This document shows, in pieces, positions 24,203 to 28,245 of a stretch of DNA of 28,245 nucleotides. The stretch's first letter is position 1. Every line of letters starts with the position of its first letter. The notes beneath the pieces were generated by a model, which was not told the origin of the DNA, ran no database searches, and was given only the letters and a program-made list of their open reading frames with translations. This stretch comes from a bacterium. Lineage in GTDB: Bacteria > Hydrothermota > Tepidihabitantia > Tepidihabitantales > Tepidihabitantaceae. The translations under genes were made by a program, and so were the position numbers. The stretch spans positions 1-28,245 of the forward strand of contig JAWOHE010000049.1 in the NCBI GenBank assembly GCA_046485285.1, in the 5' to 3' direction.

Positions 24203-25934
24203 CCGACTGCCGGCGCTGCTGGCGGCCGCAAGGGGCGACGAGCCGGCCGACCTGCTGCTGCGCGGGGGGCAGGTCATCAACGTGTTCACCGGCGAGATCC
24301 GCCGGGCCGACGTCGCGGTCAAGGACGGGCGCATTGCCGGGGTCGGCTTCGGCTACGAGCGGGCGGGCGAGACGGTCGACGTCAGCGGCCAGTACGTCGC
24401 GCCCGGCTTCATCGACGGCCACATCCACATCGAGAGCTCAATGCTGCCGGTCCACGAGTTCGCCCGGCTCTGCCTTGCGCACGGCACTACCGCGGTCGTC
24501 GCCGACCCGCACGAGATCGCCAACGTGCTGGGAGTCCGCGGCATCGAGTACATCCTCCGGGCGAGCGAAGGCCTGCCGCTCGACGTCTTCGTGATGGCGC
24601 CGTCCTGCGTGCCGGCAACCGCGATGGAGAGTTCGGGCGCCAGCGTCACTGCCCGCGACATCGCGAAGCTGCTCCGGCACGAGCGCGTGCTCGGGCTGGG
24701 CGAGATGATGAACTACCCGGGCGTGGTGTTCGGCGACCGCGACGCGCTGGCCAAGCTGGCCGCGGCCCGGGCCGCGGCCAAGCTCACTGACGGCCACGCA
24801 CCCGGTCTGGGCGACCGGCTGCTGGCCGCCTATGCCGCGGCCGGGGTCGGCTCGGACCACGAGTGCGTCGGTCGGGGCGAGGCGCTCGAGAAGCTACGCG
24901 CCGGGTTCAGGCTGATGGTGCGCGAGGGCTCGGCCGCCCGCAACCTGACCGGGCTCCTGCCGGTCATCAACGACTTCAACCTCCGGCGCTGCATGTTCGT
25001 CACCGACGACCGGCACCCGGAGGAGCTCCTGCGGGACGGACACCTCGACTCGATACTGCGGCACGCGGTGCGCCAGGGAATGCACCCGGCGGCGGCGGTG
25101 CAGATGGTGACGCTCAACCCGGCCGAGTACTTCGGGCTGGCGCGCCGGGGCGCGGTCGCGCCCGGCTGGCGGGCGGACCTGGTCGTGCTCGGCGACCTCG
25201 ACCGGTTCCGGGTGCGCTGGGTGCTCCGGGACGGGAAGCCGGTCGCCCGGGACGGCCGCCTGCTGGCGAAGCTCAAGCCGCACCGCGACAAGTCGGTCAC
25301 CGGCACGGTCAAGCCCGGGTCGCTGACGAAGGCGCGCTTCGTCATCAAGGCGTCGGGAGACCTGTGCCGGGTCATCCGGGTCGTGCCGGACCAGATCGTC
25401 ACCGAACAGCACGTGCTCCCGCCGACGGTCAGGGCGGGCCGGGTCGTCGCCGACCCGGAGCGCGACCTCCTGAAGCTGGCGGTCATCGAGCGGCACCGGG
25501 CGACCGGCCGCACCGGTCTCGGCCTCGTTGCCGGTTTCGGGCTCAAGCAGGGCGCGCTCGGCACGACCGTCGCGCACGACTCCCACAACATCATCATTGT
25601 CGGGGCGACCGACGAAGACATGCTGGCGGCGGCGAAGGAGCTCAGGCGACTCGGCGGCGGGATGGTCGCGGTCGCGCGGGGCAAGGTCGCGGCAAGCCTG
25701 AGGCTTCCGATTGCCGGGCTCCTGGCGGACGAGCCGGCCGAGGACGTCGCGGCGGCACTGCGCCGACTGCTCGAGAAGGCGCACGTCTGGGGCTCGCGAC
25801 TGCCCAACCCGTTCGCGACCCTGTCGTTCCTCGCCCTGCCGGTGATACCGGAACTCAAGCTCACCGACCGGGGGCTGGTCGATGTCAGCCGGTTCCGGCT
25901 CGTCGACCTCTTCGTGGCGGACAGCCGCGCTTGA
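24183..25934 (+). CDS. ade: Adenine deaminase
   Basis: GGAGG RBS; PGFIDGHIHIESS, DPHEIANV, APSCVPAT, GEMMNYPGV, DGHAP, SDHEC, REGSAA.NL, VTDD, AHDSHN, LSFLALPVIPELKLTDRGL. Confidence 0.96.
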   Translation: MAHAGADRLPALLAAARGDEPADLLLRGGQVINVFTGEIRRADVAVKDGRIAGVGFGYERAGETVDVSGQYVAPGFIDGHIHIESSMLPVHEFARLCLAHGTTAVVADPHEIANVLGVRGIEYILRASEGLPLDVFVMAPSCVPATAMESSGASVTARDIAKLLRHERVLGLGEMMNYPGVVFGDRDALAKLAAARAAAKLTDGHAPGLGDRLLAAYAAAGVGSDHECVGRGEALEKLRAGFRLMVREGSAARNLTGLLPVINDFNLRRCMFVTDDRHPEELLRDGHLDSILRHAVRQGMHPAAAVQMVTLNPAEYFGLARRGAVAPGWRADLVVLGDLDRFRVRWVLRDGKPVARDGRLLAKLKPHRDKSVTGTVKPGSLTKARFVIKASGDLCRVIRVVPDQIVTEQHVLPPTVRAGRVVADPERDLLKLAVIERHRATGRTGLGLVAGFGLKQGALGTTVAHDSHNIIIVGATDEDMLAAAKELRRLGGGMVAVARGKVAASLRLPIAGLLADEPAEDVAAALRRLLEKAHVWGSRLPNPFATLSFLALPVIPELKLTDRGLVDVSRFRLVDLFVADSRA

Positions 25935-26398
25935 CCCGGAGCAGCGCCCGGCCGCACGTCGGCGTGATCGGCGCGTCGGCCTGCGACGGGGCGACCGCGG
26001 CGCGGGCCGAGGAGGTCGGACGGCTCATCGCCCGGCGTGGGGCAGTGCTGGTCTGCGGCGGGATGGGCGGCGTGATGGAGGCCGCCTGTCGGGGCGCGCT
26101 GGGGGCGGGCGGGCTGATGGTCGGCATCCTGCCCGGCGCTGAGCGCGGGGCGGCCAACGAGTTCGTCGACATCGCGATCGCGACCGGGCTGGGCGAGGCG
26201 CGCAATCTCGCCATCATCCGGACCTCGGACGTCCTCGTCGCCGTGGCCGGCTCGCACGGCACGCTGTCGGAGATCGGGTTCGCGCTCCGGATGGGCAAGA
26301 CGGTCGTCGGTCTCGGGACCTGGGACGTCGCCGGCGTGACGCCGGCCGACTCGCCCGCGGCCGCGGTCGAGCTGGCCTTCCGGGTTCTGCCGCGATGA
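25931..26398 (+). CDS. TIGR00725 family / LOG-like Rossmann-fold protein
   Basis: VGVIG...AEEVGRLIA.RG.VLVCGG.GGVMEAACRGA...GG..VGILPG...N...I.TGLGEARN...SD.LVAV.G.HGTLSEI; TTG start overlapping the ade stop (TTGA). Confidence 0.9.
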   Translation: MTRSSARPHVGVIGASACDGATAARAEEVGRLIARRGAVLVCGGMGGVMEAACRGALGAGGLMVGILPGAERGAANEFVDIAIATGLGEARNLAIIRTSDVLVAVAGSHGTLSEIGFALRMGKTVVGLGTWDVAGVTPADSPAAAVELAFRVLPR

Positions 26399-27657
26399 TT
26401 GGCCGCGGGCGCGTTGTGCTGGCGGGCGTGCTGTTGCTGGCCGTGATTCTGCGCGGAGGTTTCGCACTGCTGAGCCGAGACCATGACAGCAACATCTCTG
26501 GTTGGGAACCGCCTGCCTCCGAGGTCGAGTTCCTGCTCACCGGGCTGCACTCCAGCGACACCCAGGAATATCTCGCGCTGGCGCGGGGCATTGGCCAGGG
26601 CGCGTTCGGCTGGGGCGGCGCGCACTCGGCCTGGCGGGTGCCGGGCTATCCGTTGTTCCTGTTCTTGCTTGGTCGACAGGTCTGGCTCATCCTGCTGGTG
26701 CAGGTGCTGCTGGGAGTTGCGACGGTGGCGCTGGTCTGGGCGACGGTGCGAAGGCTGGCAGGGCCGCTGCATGCTCCGGTTGCCGCGTTGATCGTGGCGG
26801 TCGACGCGGGCAGCGTTCTGATGGCCGGCGTGCTGCTGGCCGAGACGTTGTTCACGTTCCTGCTCGCGTCGAGCCTGTGGTTGTTCCTCGGCGGCCGCAG
26901 GGCTTGGGCGGCAGTGGTGCTGGGTTCTGCGGTCCTGGTCCGGCCGGTGGCGGTCGCGGCCGTGGTGCCGCTGTTCGCATTCCTGCTGGTCCGGGTCGGC
27001 CGTCGGCAGGCGCTCGCCTTCGGACTCATCTTCCTGCTCCTCCCGGTCGGCTGGGCGGCACGGAACCTGACCCGGTTCGGCCGGCCCACGCTCTCGACGG
27101 ACACCGCTTTCAACCTCTACTATACCCATGCGGGGATACTGCTGCGCGAGCAGACCGGGTGCGATGAGGCATCGGTGCGGAATGAGCTTGTCGCCGATCT
27201 CGCGTCCGACCGGGACATCCGGAACCCGGTTCTGCTCGCCGACCGCCTGGCCGGCCGGGCGCTGGCTCGCATCCTCGGCGACCCGGTGCGCTATGCCTGG
27301 ATCCACGCCCGCGGAACGGCCCGGATTCTGGCGAGCGTCCAGAGCGACGATATCATCCAGCGGGTCCGGGGCGCGCGCGCGCGGCCCGAACTTCCGGGTT
27401 GGGCCGGGCTCCGGAGCGACCCGGCGAAGCTGCTTGCGGCCGCCTTCGAGTTGCTGTTGCTGACCGTGGTCTACTGCGCCGGACTGGCAGCGGTGTTGAG
27501 ACGAGGCGCGGTCCCGGTCACGGGACTGGCGCTGGCCGTCGGCCTGCTCCTGGTGCTGGCCGCCTCGCCGCTGACGGCGGGACGGCTCAGGGTTCCGGCC
27601 ATGCCGTTCCTTGCCGTGGCGGCTGCAGGGTTAGTCCGGCGCGACCCTGCCGGTTGA
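26395..27657 (+). CDS. Polytopic membrane protein, GT-C (ArnT/PMT family 39-like) glycosyltransferase
   Basis: TM1 followed by a loop with [34 protein letters not shown]...FG; C-terminal R.R.P.MPFL. Confidence 0.75.
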   Translation: MIGRGRVVLAGVLLLAVILRGGFALLSRDHDSNISGWEPPASEVEFLLTGLHSSDTQEYLALARGIGQGAFGWGGAHSAWRVPGYPLFLFLLGRQVWLILLVQVLLGVATVALVWATVRRLAGPLHAPVAALIVAVDAGSVLMAGVLLAETLFTFLLASSLWLFLGGRRAWAAVVLGSAVLVRPVAVAAVVPLFAFLLVRVGRRQALAFGLIFLLLPVGWAARNLTRFGRPTLSTDTAFNLYYTHAGILLREQTGCDEASVRNELVADLASDRDIRNPVLLADRLAGRALARILGDPVRYAWIHARGTARILASVQSDDIIQRVRGARARPELPGWAGLRSDPAKLLAAAFELLLLTVVYCAGLAAVLRRGAVPVTGLALAVGLLLVLAASPLTAGRLRVPAMPFLAVAAAGLVRRDPAG

Positions 27658-27681
27658 TTTCGCGCCCGCCGGCGCTAGCAT
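27654..27681 (+). promoter_or_regulatory. sigma70-like promoter for the aldehyde dehydrogenase
   Basis: TTGATT (27654-27659), 16 bp, TAGCAT (27676-27681); AGGAGG RBS at 27697-27702. Confidence 0.65.
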
Positions 27682-27706
27682 CTCAATCCAAATTCCAGGA
27701 GGAACC

Positions 27707-28245
27707 ATGGCTCAACACTACCACAACTTCATCAACGGCAGGTACGTGCCGGCCCGGACGGGCAAGACCTACGAGAACCGCAACCCGGCGGACCAGTCCG
27801 ACCTGATCGGGCTGTTCCCGCTGTCCGGGGCGGAGGACGTCGCCGACGCGGTCACGGCGGCAAAGGCGGCCTACCCGGCCTGGCGCGCGCTGCCGGCCCA
27901 GGCCCGGGGCGACATCATGCGCAAGGCGACCGAGTTGATGGTCAGCCGCAAGGAAGAGTTCGCCCGGCTCGAGACCCGGGAGATGGGCAAGGTGCTCAAG
28001 GAGACCAGGGGCGACGTCCAGGAGGCGATTGACACCGGCTACTACGCCGCGGGCGAGAGCCGGCGGCTGTGGGGCACGGTCGCGCCGAGCGAGATGCCGA
28101 ACAAGATGTGCTACGTCACCCGCCAGCCGATGGGCGTGTGGGGGATGATCTGCCCGTGGAACTTCCCGATGGCGATTCCGTCCTGGAAGCTGTTCCCGGC
28201 GCTGACCTGCGGCAACACCGCGGTCATCAAGCCGGCGACGCTCAC
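27707..28245 (+). CDS. Aldehyde dehydrogenase family protein, 5' part (runs off the window; not in ORF track)
   Basis: [14 protein letters not shown]...ENRNPA...[13 protein letters not shown]...REMGK...RGDVQEAID...[38 protein letters not shown]. Confidence 0.95.
   Translation, partial: MAQHYHNFINGRYVPARTGKTYENRNPADQSDLIGLFPLSGAEDVADAVTAAKAAYPAWRALPAQARGDIMRKATELMVSRKEEFARLETREMGKVLKETRGDVQEAIDTGYYAAGESRRLWGTVAPSEMPNKMCYVTRQPMGVWGMICPWNFPMAIPSWKLFPALTCGNTAVIKPATL

Noticed and set aside
24830-27306. Long minus-strand ORFs (545, 473, 296 aa) and similar overlapping ORFs across the window
   Set aside because: Overlap recognisable genes on the other strand or frame; low-complexity translations typical of high-GC DNA.

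Overview
GC-rich bacterial chromosomal segment, probably from a diderm anaerobe of the WOR-3/FCB type. That assignment is an inference from the FlgD/T9SS-like C-terminal domains, the lineage-typical Kelch-like repeats, lgt and hypDE. The window opens in the 3' end of an IS3-family element that has truncated a secreted LVIVD-repeat gene. Next come a secreted M14 carboxypeptidase, dCMP deaminase, lgt, ComF, an M23 peptidase, an AmmeMemoRadiSam radical SAM enzyme and a DUF4321-like protein. An accessory envelope block (9714-19396) contains a 1332-aa secreted protein with a polybasic six-bladed Kelch-like propeller. Divergent from it is a three-gene operon: (i) a kinase that lacks the entire N-lobe (C-lobe-only pseudokinase-TM-2xPASTA-zinc ribbon), (ii) a signal peptide-zinc ribbon-3xPEGA membrane protein, and (iii) a FN3/Ig/YVTN lipoprotein. 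This operon is the best candidate for an undescribed system. Downstream lie hypD-hypE-site-2 protease-pcm, tRNA-Pro(CGG), hpt-ade-TIGR00725/LOG-like (a possible AMP-to-IMP salvage route), a GT-C-like glycosyltransferase and the 5' part of an aldehyde dehydrogenase. Ten sigma70-like promoters are readable by eye. Eight have 16-bp spacers, several imply leaderless mRNAs, and three reuse the upstream gene's TGA stop within their -35 box. All family assignments are by motif recognition only; no searches were run.
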